The notes below the pieces were generated by a model. That model worked only from the letters and a program-made list of their open reading frames with translations. It had not been told where the DNA came from and did no database searches. Below are positions 63,724 to 64,000 of a DNA stretch of 64,000 nucleotides, piece by piece. The stretch's first letter is position 1, and each line of letters begins with the position of its first letter. Origin of the DNA: Octopus vulgaris (lineage: Eukaryota); contig OX597818.1 in assembly GCA_951406725.2 (NCBI GenBank), forward strand, positions 108,252,001 through 108,316,000, in the 5' to 3' direction. Position numbers and translations under genes: made by a program.

Positions 63724-64000
63724 ATCATCGTCGTCGTCATCATCATTGTCATTTCATGTCTGTTGACTGGGGCGGTACGTCTGTCAAACGGTAATGCAGG
63801 TGTCCCAAGGTGAGCTCAGCGTGGACAGAAACCACACGTCGAGCAAAAGGGCAAAAGCTCACTTGATCTCGTTTTTCAGCATGGGTTGGATAGTTTAATA
63901 GATTCTGGTAAGACCAGCAGTATCGAATTCCATTGCCTGGTTTAGCATGATTTCAAGCGCTGGATGCCTTTCTTAACACCAACCACTCTACAGAGTGTCC
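63724..64000 (-). mobile_element. RTE-family 3' end interrupted by the rRNA fragment
   Basis: (CAT)n..ttcatgtctgt[insert]catgggttgga..tggatgcc..aaccact. Confidence 0.8.
63763..63879 (+). pseudogene. 28S (LSU) rRNA fragment, ~117 bp, inserted in an RTE tail
   Basis: TTGACTGGGGCGGTAC..CTGTCAAACGGTAA.GCAGGTGTCC.AAGG.GAGCTCAG..GGACAGAAAC..GAGCA.AAGGGCAAAAGCTC.CTTGATCT is a conserved eukaryotic LSU block. Confidence 0.92.

Noticed and set aside
63763-63879. Functional rRNA locus
   Set aside because: Only ~117 bp, with no flanking rDNA.

Overview
AT-rich, repeat-dominated eukaryotic DNA with no prokaryotic features, operons or CRISPR. The microsatellite load, the tRNA-derived SINE families and the RTE/Penelope/mariner/hAT content suggest a coleoid cephalopod such as Octopus (inference). 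Nearly all long ORFs in the supplied track are microsatellite artefacts or transposon remnants (RTE, R4-like, Tx1/L1, Penelope RT and GIY-YIG, mariner, hAT). Four things stand out. (1) Several unrelated Penelope-type termini carry minimal type I hammerhead ribozyme motifs, mostly as head-to-head palindromes. One of them begins with a tRNA-like Pol III head that also lies just downstream of a Penelope GIY-YIG ORF. (2) The 3' UTR of the dominant RTE family holds a tandem array of putative H-type pseudoknots, and its RT region contains a PHD finger. (3) A 28S rRNA fragment is captured inside an RTE tail. (4) Small minus-strand exons, the first three phase-compatible, may encode an ADAM/ADAMTS-like prodomain. 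Repeat boundaries were read by eye and are approximate (about 10-30 bp). No database search or folding program was run.
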